DNA of 64,000 bases, from contig CAYXZZ010000001.1 in NCBI GenBank assembly GCA_964470055.1, positions 6,291 to 70,290 of the forward strand, in the 5' to 3' direction. The stretch comes from an uncultured Mycoplasma sp. GTDB taxonomy: Bacteria > Bacillota_I > Bacilli_A > RF39 > UBA660. The position numbers and the translations under genes were made by a program. Positions 8,859 to 17,924 of the stretch are shown one piece after another. The notes beneath the pieces were generated by a model, which made no database searches, had not been told where the DNA came from, and saw only the letters and a program-made list of their open reading frames with translations. Each line of letters begins with the position of its first letter. Positions within the stretch are counted from its first letter, which is position 1.

Positions 8859-10019
8859 ATGGGGTATAGTGTACTAGCAACAAACATTCGAAACAAACTA
8901 ACAGGCTTAGATGATTCAATAACTGCGCTTAATAATGTTTCTTTTGATGGAGTTTGGAAAGGATCTGCTAAAGATTCATTAACCTCATCATTAGAGGATT
9001 TAATAAGTAAGTTAAACATAGAACGTAGTAAAGTAGATGCATATGCTGGATTATTAGATAATTTGCAAGCATACAAAGATAATAAATTAATGATTGCTGC
9101 ACTACAATCTCAGCTATATAGTATTCCCGCTACTGAAGAAAATGCTTATAAAAGATCATATTTGAGCAGTTTAATTCAAGAAAATACTACCGCAAATGAA
9201 CAATTAAAAGTTAGTCTTCAAAATGCGTTTTCATCATTTGGAAGTGTGGGTGTTGAACTAAACTTAGTCACTTATACTGTCCCAACTAATGCTGAATATC
9301 TAGTTAATGTCCAAGAACTTAAGGCAATGTATGATAATAGATGGGGAGATGCAGATGGCATTTCTGGAGAACCATTAACCAAATTAGCAAACGGTGAAAG
9401 CATTTATGATTATTATAACCAAGTTGATGAAAATGGTAATGTCATTGAAGGTTCTGGAAAAGCCTATGTTGAAAGCTTGATAACTAGCATTCAAGAAACA
9501 TCATCAGGAAGAGAAGCAGCAGTTAACTGCGCATTAACTATGTTAAAATTAGCCGCAGATCAAGGTGTAAAACTTGATTATGAACATAAAGGAACAATGG
9601 GGATTGAACCATACGTTCCAACATCCGAAGTAGCAAGTGGAGTAGACTGTAATCCATTCGCATCATGGGTAGTAGATAAAGGAACAGAAAATGGTTTCCA
9701 ATGGCGACCAGTTGGTGAGTTCAAATACGTAGGCGAAACTCTAAGTGATTGGACACAAGCCCAACCAGGAGATGTTTTTGTTAACGATGGCCATGTCGGT
9801 ATAATTATCGAAAACGATCCAGAAACAGGAACATTTACTTGTGCAGAAGCCAGTGGAACGGAAGTAGGTATCATTCTTCAAACAAGATCATACAGTTCAA
9901 TGCAAAGTAAAGGTTACCAAGTTCAAGACATGACAAATGTCTACAATGGTACTGAAGATACTGATCGAGCAATATTCAATCAGTATGTCAACTGGGATAC
10001 CTATGAAAGAAAAGTATAA
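8859..10019 (+). CDS. WXG-type N-terminal domain fused to an NlpC/P60 (papain-like) cell-wall hydrolase domain
   Basis: The N-terminus carries 'VWKGSAKDS' (W-x-G-x-A) and there is no signal peptide. The C-terminus has 'GVDCNPFASWV' (catalytic Cys block) and 'GDVFVNDGHVGIII' (His block). Confidence 0.6.
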   Translation: MGYSVLATNIRNKLTGLDDSITALNNVSFDGVWKGSAKDSLTSSLEDLISKLNIERSKVDAYAGLLDNLQAYKDNKLMIAALQSQLYSIPATEENAYKRSYLSSLIQENTTANEQLKVSLQNAFSSFGSVGVELNLVTYTVPTNAEYLVNVQELKAMYDNRWGDADGISGEPLTKLANGESIYDYYNQVDENGNVIEGSGKAYVESLITSIQETSSGREAAVNCALTMLKLAADQGVKLDYEHKGTMGIEPYVPTSEVASGVDCNPFASWVVDKGTENGFQWRPVGEFKYVGETLSDWTQAQPGDVFVNDGHVGIIIENDPETGTFTCAEASGTEVGIILQTRSYSSMQSKGYQVQDMTNVYNGTEDTDRAIFNQYVNWDTYERKV

Positions 10020-10108
10020 TAAGAAAGGCGCAAGCCTCTTTTTAGTTTGAAAACAAAAGACATCTATGATATATTAAAAGAAATAATAAAGAAACGGAGA
10101 CTTAAAAG

Positions 10109-11143
10109 ATGGGATATAACGCACTAGCAACAACATTAAATAGCAAGAAAACAACCTTTGAAACTTCAATACAAAACATAAAGAACCTTTCATTTGACTC
10201 TATTTGGAGTGGGCAAGCCTATACTAAACTAACAGCAGATTTAACAACTACTATGGAAAATTTAAATACCCAAAAGGCTAACATTGAATCATTTGCCTTT
10301 GCTTTGCAACTACTACAATGTTATAAAAATAATAAAGAAAAGCAAGTTGCTATGCAAAATCAGTTAAGTAGTATTGCCAATACCGCTGAAAATGCAAATG
10401 TTATCTCATCATTAGTAGCCCAAATAAATAACTTTACCACAACCAATGAAAATATAAAACAACGAATTAATACCATTTTCCAATCAATAACACCAATAAA
10501 TTCTACGCTTGACGAAGTGGGATACAAAGTATCTGGCAATTTAGATTACATATTAGATGTCCAAGAATTATATAATTTATTTGCAACTAATCAATTGACT
10601 AAACTACCTGATAGCGGAAATAATAGCCTATATGACTATTACAGTGAAGAAGAAGTAGAACAATATCTCAACGAAATAAAGTCGACTTATTCAGGAAGAG
10701 ATGCGGCTGTTAACTGTGCCCTAGGTATCATGCAACTAGCCGCCAATGTAGGACTAAAACTTGACTATGATTGGGGTGGAGGACACACTGCTGTAACTTC
10801 TAATAATGCTATTGCTACTGGAGTAGATTGTAGTGCTTTTGCTTCATGGGCAATAAATCAAGGATCAACAGATACATTTGAAACAAGAACCACAGGTGGA
10901 TTAATAAGTATTGGAGAAAGAGTAGACTATTCCGAAGCCCAAAAAGGAGACATTCTTGTTTACAATAATGGAGAAAATGGTCACGTAGTAGTCGTTATTG
11001 AAAATAATCCAGAAACACAAACATTTATTGTTGCTGAAGCAGCAGGAAGCGATACCGGTGTCATTCTAAAAGAAAGATCATATTCATCACTTAGTTCAAG
11101 TTCATATCAAGCAAGAGACTTAAGTTCCATTTATAATAACTAA
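10109..11143 (+). CDS. Paralog of 8859..10019: WXG-type N-terminus fused to an NlpC/P60 hydrolase
   Basis: 'SIWSGQAYTKL' WXG motif, 'GVDCSAFASWAI' and 'GDILVYNNGENGHVVVVI'. Same architecture and the same 'MGY.ALAT' start as the previous gene. Confidence 0.6.
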   Translation: MGYNALATTLNSKKTTFETSIQNIKNLSFDSIWSGQAYTKLTADLTTTMENLNTQKANIESFAFALQLLQCYKNNKEKQVAMQNQLSSIANTAENANVISSLVAQINNFTTTNENIKQRINTIFQSITPINSTLDEVGYKVSGNLDYILDVQELYNLFATNQLTKLPDSGNNSLYDYYSEEEVEQYLNEIKSTYSGRDAAVNCALGIMQLAANVGLKLDYDWGGGHTAVTSNNAIATGVDCSAFASWAINQGSTDTFETRTTGGLISIGERVDYSEAQKGDILVYNNGENGHVVVVIENNPETQTFIVAEAAGSDTGVILKERSYSSLSSSSYQARDLSSIYNN

Positions 11144-11166
11144 AAAGAGAACAAGTCTCTTTTTTG
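11143..11166. terminator. Bidirectional terminator between convergent genes
   Basis: 'aaaagaga'-acaag-'tctctttt', flanked by T/A runs on both strands. Confidence 0.5.
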
Positions 11167-11171
11167 TGTCT

Positions 11172-11957
11172 TTAGAGAAAACACTTCTCAATTCTACTAA
11201 TAACGTAATACATTAAATATGAAATAACTCCAAGAATAAACACACCTGTAATAATTAAATCTATATTAAACACCTGTGAACCATACATAATAAGATATCC
11301 AATTCCTGCCTTAGATACTAATAATTCTCCCATAATAACACCAATCAAATTCATAGAAATATTTATTTTCAAAGCACTAATAATAGTTCCATAATTACTA
11401 GGAAAAACAACCTTAGTAAATATCTGCCATTTAGTTGCCTTAAAACTTCTCATCAAAGTAACAAATGCCTCATCTGTATTAATAAAACCATTATAAATAT
11501 TAATAATAGTAATAAAAATACTAATCAGTAAAGACATAAATATAATTGAATTTGTACTCGCACCAACCCAGATAATTATTAATGGACCAAGTGCCACTTT
11601 AGGTAATGAATTAAGTATTGTTAAATACGGATCAATAATTTTCGAAAGAGTAGGACTACTCCATAAAATTGTTCCAATCCATAATCCAATTCCTGTTGCC
11701 AGTAAAAAACTAATTAATATTTCATAGAGAGTAACCCATAGATGTTTAAATAAACTACCATCACTAACTAATCCAACAAATGTATTAATAACTCTACTTG
11801 GTGAAGAGAAAGTAAAAGTATTAATAACTTCTAGTCTAGCCAAAACTTCCCACCCAAGTAAAAATATCACTAATATTAAGATTCTAATTGCAACCACAAC
11901 CACTTTTTCTCTTCGTATCTTCTTAAGATAAATTTCTCTTTCGTTAGATGTGGACAT
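11172..11957 (-). CDS. ABC transporter permease (NitT/TauT, SsuC/ThiX-like)
   Basis: Six-TM permease with an EAA-like loop. It overlaps the ATPase gene as in an operon. Confidence 0.8.
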   Translation of the reverse strand: MSTSNEREIYLKKIRREKVVVVAIRILILVIFLLGWEVLARLEVINTFTFSSPSRVINTFVGLVSDGSLFKHLWVTLYEILISFLLATGIGLWIGTILWSSPTLSKIIDPYLTILNSLPKVALGPLIIIWVGASTNSIIFMSLLISIFITIINIYNGFINTDEAFVTLMRSFKATKWQIFTKVVFPSNYGTIISALKINISMNLIGVIMGELLVSKAGIGYLIMYGSQVFNIDLIITGVFILGVISYLMYYVISRIEKCFL

Positions 11958-12693
11958 CTAAATCCCTCCAAATAGCCTCATAATAAGAAGAAAAATTACT
12001 AGCACTTCTATTATTAATAGGCATTGATCTATTTTCTAACTCGATATTATAAATATTTTTAACAAGGGCTGGTCTCTTAGATAAAACAATAATCTTATCA
12101 GACATTGCTAATGCTTCAGACAAATCATGAGTCACCATAATAGCTGTTTTTCCTTCATTTTTAATTATTCGATAAATATCTTCTCCAATTGCCATTCTTG
12201 ACTGTGAATCAAGTGCTGACATAGGCTCATCAAGTAATAAAATATCAGGTTTTAAAGCCAGAGTTCTAATTAAAGCAACTCTTTGTCTCATTCCACCAGA
12301 TAAACTAGTTGGAAACATTTCTTTAAATTCATAAAGACCATAAGTTTTTAGTAAAGAAATAACATACTCATAATTTTCCTTATTTAGTTTCCCAGTCACT
12401 TCCAACCCAATTAAACAATTATCTAAAATATTTCTCCAATCAAACAAACTATCTTCCTGCAACATATATCCAATACTTACGTCTTTATGAAAAATGATTT
12501 CTCCACTAGATTTATCAGTTAATCCAGCAAGTATCGATAAAATTGTTGATTTACCGCACCCGCTAGGCCCAACAATTGAGATAAATTCATCTTCAAATAC
12601 TTCAAAACTAACTTCATCCAAGGCTTTAATCTCATCACTTTTCGTATGATAAACTTTTCCTAACTTAACAACACTAAGTAATTTATTCTTCAT
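11944..12693 (-). CDS. ABC transporter ATP-binding protein (NitT/TauT family)
   Basis: Walker A 'GPSGCGKST', signature 'LSGGMRQR', Walker B 'ILLLDEP'. Confidence 0.85.
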   Translation of the reverse strand: MKNKLLSVVKLGKVYHTKSDEIKALDEVSFEVFEDEFISIVGPSGCGKSTILSILAGLTDKSSGEIIFHKDVSIGYMLQEDSLFDWRNILDNCLIGLEVTGKLNKENYEYVISLLKTYGLYEFKEMFPTSLSGGMRQRVALIRTLALKPDILLLDEPMSALDSQSRMAIGEDIYRIIKNEGKTAIMVTHDLSEALAMSDKIIVLSKRPALVKNIYNIELENRSMPINNRSASNFSSYYEAIWRDLDVHI

Positions 12694-13103
12694 TATAAAT
12701 CAATTCATCGTAAGAAACTTTTTCATCAATTGCTCCATAATCAAGCATTATATCTTGCAAATGATTAAAAGATTCCTCACTAAAATTAGTTGTCGTAGGC
12801 CAAGCCTCAATACTTCTATATCTTGCAATAACTTTTTCCAAATCGTTTAACGAAGTATCTGGAAACTGTGGAAGAATTACTTCAGCAACCTCTCTATCAG
12901 TGTGACTATGTACATAATCAATTCCTTTTTGAATAGCCTTAGTAAAATTACTAATTAAATCTTTGTTCTCTTTAATATAACTAATTCTAGCAGAATAAGA
13001 AGTATAAGGAACAACTCCGCCTAATTCTCCAATAGAAGCAACTACATATCCATATCCATTATTTTCTATTTCTAACGCATTAGGCTCTCTTAGTGTAACA
13101 AAA
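12683..13103 (-). pseudogene. 3' (C-terminal) fragment of a disrupted NMT1/SsuA-type substrate-binding lipoprotein gene
   Basis: Reverse-strand translation gives '...REPNALEIENNGYGYVVASIGELGGVVPYTSY...DELIYNEE*', a typical SBP C-terminal half. There is no start codon, and the reading frame enters from the direct repeat at 13091-13103. Confidence 0.7.
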
Positions 13104-13132
13104 CAAAAGAACTACCAAAAGTAGTCCTAAAC

Positions 13133-14224
13133 TCATTTTGCAATTTCAAAAGGCAGTCTATTAATTTGATTAAGCTTCTCACCATTATTAATATGAACAT
13201 ACCTATCTAATGTAATCTTAACACTAGCATGTCCTAATATCTCACTCAAAGTTTTAATATCAATACCATTAAGCAGCGACCTAGTTGCAAAAGTATGTCT
13301 TAAAACATGGAAATTATACTTTTTAATATCCAAAGTATTTAAAAAATTTCTATAGAAATGATAATAAACATTTGTAGACATAAAATTTTTAGTACCAGTT
13401 AAAATAAAACAATTATCATTTCCTTTAAATTTTTCTAAATAGGGGATTAACTGATTATGAATTGGTACAATTCTCATTGAAGTCTCCGTTTTAGGTGTAT
13501 CAACAACTACCTTAGTTCTTTTATAAGATACCTCTGGGTTCTTAATTCTAACTAAAGTTTTAGAAACACAAATAACTTGATTCTCTAAATCAATGTCTTT
13601 CCATTGTAAAGCACAAAGTTCTCCAATTCTAAGACCAGTAAACAAAACTAACCAAATTGAAAATAATTTAATATCATCAGATTTTAAAGTTAATTCCTCA
13701 AGCATTGCCAGTTCATCATCCTTAATACTAACAATGTTATTCTTTACAGTTTTAGGATACTCAAATTCAATATTGATTTTCTGTGATTTGAAAAATTGTT
13801 TCAATATTATTAAAATATCCTTAATTCTTTTATTACTTAGCCCCGCTTGTTGTAAATATTTTGTAAACCTTAATATATCATTTTCATCAATATTATGTAA
13901 TCTGGTATTTCCAAAATAAGGAATAAGTCTAGAATTTATAACTGAATAATAATTATAAAATGTTGAATCTTTAATATTCAATTTGTTATTTAGCCATTTT
14001 TTTATTTCAAAAGCAAATGTCTTTTGACCTAAAACATTTTTCTTTGTACTCTTAATCTTTACATTCTCTAACGCCATATCTCTTTTATTTTTTACCTCTT
14101 TATAATTCTTTCCATAAACATATCCATACTTTAATATTTTATTATCATCACCTCTTTCACTCACATACCTAGCCTCATATCTACCATCCTTTCTTCGGTA
14201 GATATTTTCCCCTTTTCTTGACAT
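13133..14224 (-). CDS. Tyrosine-type site-specific integrase
   Basis: The N-terminus 'IYRRKDGRYEARY' is a SAM-like/arm-binding region. The C-terminal catalytic region is 'HVLRHTFATRSL...LGHASVKITLDRYVHI' (R...HxxR...Y). Confidence 0.85.
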   Translation of the reverse strand: MSRKGENIYRRKDGRYEARYVSERGDDNKILKYGYVYGKNYKEVKNKRDMALENVKIKSTKKNVLGQKTFAFEIKKWLNNKLNIKDSTFYNYYSVINSRLIPYFGNTRLHNIDENDILRFTKYLQQAGLSNKRIKDILIILKQFFKSQKINIEFEYPKTVKNNIVSIKDDELAMLEELTLKSDDIKLFSIWLVLFTGLRIGELCALQWKDIDLENQVICVSKTLVRIKNPEVSYKRTKVVVDTPKTETSMRIVPIHNQLIPYLEKFKGNDNCFILTGTKNFMSTNVYYHFYRNFLNTLDIKKYNFHVLRHTFATRSLLNGIDIKTLSEILGHASVKITLDRYVHINNGEKLNQINRLPFEIAK

Positions 14225-14427
14225 CTTATAAATCTCTCCTTTCTATAATATATTTTATGCCATATTCGAGTGTATGAAAAAAGTCGAATTATAAAAATAA
14301 AAAATATTTCAAAAAAGTCTTTTCATTTGTGAAAAAACAAGTTATAATTAAGTCATACTAACATATGAAAATAAAAGTGAATGGTACAAACCAAAAAAGG
14401 ATGGTCATATGTTAAGAAAGGTAGGAG

Positions 14428-15102
14428 GTGAAAAAAATGGAAAAAGGAAGAAGTTCAAAAGTAGTTGCAGTAGTTGCACTAGTAGTTGCAGTATTTGGAT
14501 TAACATTAGGTTTCGCTGCTTTCTCTAATACTTTAGTAATTAGTTCAAGCGCAAACGTTAAACCAGATGCATCAGCATTCAGCGTTGTATTCTCAAATGA
14601 TGCAAATTCAGTTGTTGAAGGTGGTGTTGAAGCAACTACATATGAGGATGGAGTAACAGGAGACGCTGCTACACTTAATGCTACTACAGTATCAGGAATC
14701 AAAGCAAACTTTACTAAACCTGGACAAAAAGTTACATATACTTTCTATGCACACAATACTGGATCATATATCGCTTATTTAAGATCAATCTCATATAAGA
14801 ATATCAGTGAATCAGTACAACAACATAAAGTATGTACTGTAACTACACAAGATGTTGCTGAAAACGAAGCAACAAATGATTTAGTACAAGCAGCATGTGG
14901 TGGTATTAGTATCTCAGTTGATGTTGGTACAGAAAATGCTACAGGTACTGAAACAGTTACAGGTCATGCTTTAGCGTTAAATAGTCATGAAACTGTTGTA
15001 GTAACTATTGAATATGCATCTGATGCATCACCAGCCGATGGAGAATTCGACGTAACTTTCGGAGACATCGAATTACTATACAGCTCAGTTGATGGAGAGT
15101 AA
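14428..15102 (+). CDS. TasA/CalY/camelysin-like secreted protein with a SipW-cognate signal peptide
   Basis: The signal peptide ends in 'LGFAAFSNT', matching the A-[AY]-F-[SN]-[DN] signature cleaved by SipW-type peptidases (compare TasA '..TWAAFND'). The mature part is ~195 aa and Ala/Thr/Val rich. AGGAGG RBS. Confidence 0.55.
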   Translation: MKKMEKGRSSKVVAVVALVVAVFGLTLGFAAFSNTLVISSSANVKPDASAFSVVFSNDANSVVEGGVEATTYEDGVTGDAATLNATTVSGIKANFTKPGQKVTYTFYAHNTGSYIAYLRSISYKNISESVQQHKVCTVTTQDVAENEATNDLVQAACGGISISVDVGTENATGTETVTGHALALNSHETVVVTIEYASDASPADGEFDVTFGDIELLYSSVDGE

Positions 15103-15194
15103 TCTAAAATAATTTATATTACGAGTCAGGCACAATTAGTCTGAATAGTAGTTGTGCCTCCTTCTAATATATTTCAAATTTTAGGAGGGGAAGA

Positions 15195-16322
15195 ATGAAA
15201 AGAGGGTATAAACGATTATTAATATTTGAACTTATCATGTTTTTCATACTTGTACTGAATAGTTTTTTTTGGAATATATTAGGAAGTTACTCAACAGTAA
15301 TTTTTCTTTTAGTAATAGTCGTAATATTTAAAAAGTTATTTGGTATTGAAAGAGATAAGCATAGATATACACAAGATATTATCTTTGACACTATTATATT
15401 TCTTTTAATCTTTTTCCTATTATATTATTTATTTGGTATAGTAATTGGATTTGCTAAAACAGATAATTACTATAATACGGATGGAATGTTTAGATTCGTA
15501 ATACCTGCAATTTTGACAACAATCGTTAAGGAATTTTTGCGTTATCAGGTTATTATGAAATCCGAAGGGAGTAAGTTATTAACAATATTAACTGTAATAA
15601 TGTTCATCTTTATTGATGTAACAAATCCCATTTATTATAATGGCTTTACAGACAAATATGATACATTTATATTTGTAGCATTAACTTTATTACCTTCAGT
15701 AAGTACAAATATAGTTTGTTCTTATCTAACTTATAAAGTAGGGTATAAACCAAACTTGGTATATTTATTAGTAATGAATTTATATCAATACTTATTGCCA
15801 ATTGTTCCAAACCCTAACGAATACATTGCATCGATAGTAAATTTCTTGCTACCGATCTTATTAGGGTATAAGCTAAGTGGTTTTTTCAAAATGGCAATAG
15901 ATGAAGAAGTTGAACGTGAATATAACAAACGAACTATGGCATCCTTAATTATTCCAACAGTAATTGTAATCACATTAGTCTACTTTACATCGGGATACTT
16001 TAAATACTATGCAGTAGCAATCGCTAGTGGTAGTATGGAAAAAGAAATCTCAAAAGGTGATGTAGTTATCGTTGAAAAAATTGAAGATTCATATGATCAA
16101 CTAGAAGAAGGCCAAGTAATTGCCTATAGATATCACGGAATTATAGTTGTACACAGAATAGTAAAAATCCTAAAAGAGGATGGCGAATACTTCGTATATA
16201 CAAAAGGAGATGCCAATAAGGATCCAGACAATTATGTTGTTGAGGAAGAAATGATTCTAGGAAAAGTAAACATAAAAATACCTTTCGTAGGATTACCAAC
16301 AGTATGGTTAAACGAATTATAG
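15195..16322 (+). CDS. Fusion of a polytopic membrane domain (~7 TM, ~260 aa) with a C-terminal SipW-type (S26B) signal peptidase I
   Basis: The C-terminal domain has 'IASGSMEKEISKGDVVIV', 'VVHRIVK', 'TKGDANKDPDNYV' and 'IPFVGLP', which are the SGSME/HR/KGDxNxxD blocks of ER/archaeal-type signal peptidases such as B. subtilis SipW. The N-terminal domain contains 'KEFLRYQ' (weakly CPBP-like). Confidence 0.65.
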   Translation: MKRGYKRLLIFELIMFFILVLNSFFWNILGSYSTVIFLLVIVVIFKKLFGIERDKHRYTQDIIFDTIIFLLIFFLLYYLFGIVIGFAKTDNYYNTDGMFRFVIPAILTTIVKEFLRYQVIMKSEGSKLLTILTVIMFIFIDVTNPIYYNGFTDKYDTFIFVALTLLPSVSTNIVCSYLTYKVGYKPNLVYLLVMNLYQYLLPIVPNPNEYIASIVNFLLPILLGYKLSGFFKMAIDEEVEREYNKRTMASLIIPTVIVITLVYFTSGYFKYYAVAIASGSMEKEISKGDVVIVEKIEDSYDQLEEGQVIAYRYHGIIVVHRIVKILKEDGEYFVYTKGDANKDPDNYVVEEEMILGKVNIKIPFVGLPTVWLNEL

Positions 16323-16332
16323 GAGGTCAGTC

Positions 16333-17742
16333 ATGGACGATAATAAGAAAAAGATTGAAAGAGATCTTGAATATATCGAAGAACAAGATAAGTTGAATGT
16401 CGAAGATGAATCTGAAGCTGCTATTGAAGTTGAAAATATTGATACTGATTTAAATGATCCTATAGAATATTCTGAATATGAAGACAGAATATCAAATGTA
16501 GAAAATCAAAATATTGCTGAATATGAGGAAACATATACAACAGAAATTAATGAAGACACACACATTGAACAACTAGAAGAACCAACAAGACCAATTCCAA
16601 TAATCAACGAGGAACAAGTCTTCTCAGACGATAAACCAACAGAGAAGAAAAGTTTCATTAATAATGTTAAGACAAAAGAAGATGGTCATTATGTTGATTA
16701 CAAAATAAGATTAGCAGGAAGCGTAGTCTTATTCCTAGCCTTATTCACATTAACAGTTATTTTCTTACAAGGTGCATTTAATTTATCATCATCAAGAACG
16801 ATCAACTACAATGAAAACAGTAATTTAGACTACAAAGTATATCTTAAACCGAATGATTTCTATGATACAGATTATTTAGGAAAAAATAAAGCCTATATTG
16901 CTAACCTAATTGATAACATCTTAATCGACTTTAGATATAACTATAACATTGAACAATTATCAAATGTAAAATTCAGTTATAGTATAGTTGCTAAACTTAC
17001 GATTAATGATGGAGCATCAGGCAATAACTACTTTGAAAAAGAGTATGTTTTACTAAATAATAAAACAGCATCAATAGAGAATTCAACTAATTATAGTTTA
17101 TATGAACAAGTAAAAATTGATTATGCATATTATAATACATTAGCAAATAACTTTAAACAACAATACGGAATTGATACAGAAAGTAACTTAACCGTATACT
17201 TACGAGTTAACAAGCAAAATGATATTGAAAATGCTTTAAACTCAGTTGATAATAGTACAATGTTTGTAAAAATACCATTATCAGAAAAATCAGTTAAAAT
17301 TGAGTTAAATTATCAAGACATTAACAATTCTAACTATATTATTGCAACAAATGATAGCATGGTAGATAATATTATTTTCGGAGTTTTAGCATTAGTATCA
17401 ATCCTAATTGCAATCGTCGTTGCAATTAAAATAATCCGTCTATTAAATATGCTAAGAACTAAAAAATCAATTTACGATAAGTATGTTGAAAAAATTTTAA
17501 ATGAATATGATAGATTAATTGTTGAAAACGGTACAGGTCCAGACCTTGTTAAAAACAATATTATCAAAATATCTAGATTTGAAGAATTACTAGACGTAAG
17601 AGACAATTTAAAATTACCAATTATGTACTATGTAATTGCTAAACATACAAAATGTTGTTTCTATATTAAACATAATAGAGATTTATACATGATGACAATC
17701 AAAGCAGTAGATCTTGAAGAATCAAATAACGAAAAGAAATAA
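16333..17742 (+). CDS. Hypothetical bitopic membrane protein with an acidic N-terminal region
   Basis: ~120 aa E/D-rich N-terminus, TM1 (~aa 137-160), a ~190-aa extracytoplasmic domain, TM2 (~aa 350-372) and a ~95-aa C-terminal tail. Translationally coupled to the peptidase gene. Confidence 0.5.
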   Translation: MDDNKKKIERDLEYIEEQDKLNVEDESEAAIEVENIDTDLNDPIEYSEYEDRISNVENQNIAEYEETYTTEINEDTHIEQLEEPTRPIPIINEEQVFSDDKPTEKKSFINNVKTKEDGHYVDYKIRLAGSVVLFLALFTLTVIFLQGAFNLSSSRTINYNENSNLDYKVYLKPNDFYDTDYLGKNKAYIANLIDNILIDFRYNYNIEQLSNVKFSYSIVAKLTINDGASGNNYFEKEYVLLNNKTASIENSTNYSLYEQVKIDYAYYNTLANNFKQQYGIDTESNLTVYLRVNKQNDIENALNSVDNSTMFVKIPLSEKSVKIELNYQDINNSNYIIATNDSMVDNIIFGVLALVSILIAIVVAIKIIRLLNMLRTKKSIYDKYVEKILNEYDRLIVENGTGPDLVKNNIIKISRFEELLDVRDNLKLPIMYYVIAKHTKCCFYIKHNRDLYMMTIKAVDLEESNNEKK

Positions 17743-17754
17743 AAGAAAAATTAA

Positions 17755-17787
17755 ATCATATCCTTAATAAAGGATGTGATTTTTTTA
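17755..17787 (+). terminator. Rho-independent terminator after the 16333..17742 gene
   Basis: 'atcatatcct'-taataa-'aggatgtgat' followed by TTTTTT. Confidence 0.55.
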
Positions 17788-17924
17788 TGTATGAAAATCT
17801 AGAAAAAATGTATTATGAAGTAGCCATCATTCTTAATGAAGAATTATATAAAGAAAATACTATTACTCTAAGTCAGTACAAGCAAGCAGAAGAAAAGTTA
17901 ACGGAAGAGCTAAATAAAAAATGA
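17787..17924 (+). CDS. Small ORF (45 aa) overlapping the serine recombinase start (ATGA), a possible recombination accessory factor
   Basis: Encodes 'MYENLEKMYYEVAIILNEELYKENTITLSQYKQAEEKLTEELNKK'. Its stop overlaps the recombinase ATG. Below the ORF-track threshold and speculative. Confidence 0.2.
   Translation: MYENLEKMYYEVAIILNEELYKENTITLSQYKQAEEKLTEELNKK

Noticed and set aside
9578-9874. 98-aa antisense ORF inside the WXG::NlpC/P60 gene. The same applies to the antisense ORFs at 13593..13919, 14412..14702, 61935..62459 and 63465..63758.
   Set aside because: Each is fully embedded antisense in a well-supported longer CDS, with no independent start or RBS signals. These are typical spurious ORFs of AT-rich DNA.
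14225-14427. Promoter call for the tasA-like operon (TATAAT at 14343-14348)
   Set aside because: A -10 hexamer is present, but no convincing -35 sits at 17±1 bp. AT-rich DNA gives many chance TATAAT matches, so it was not listed as a feature.
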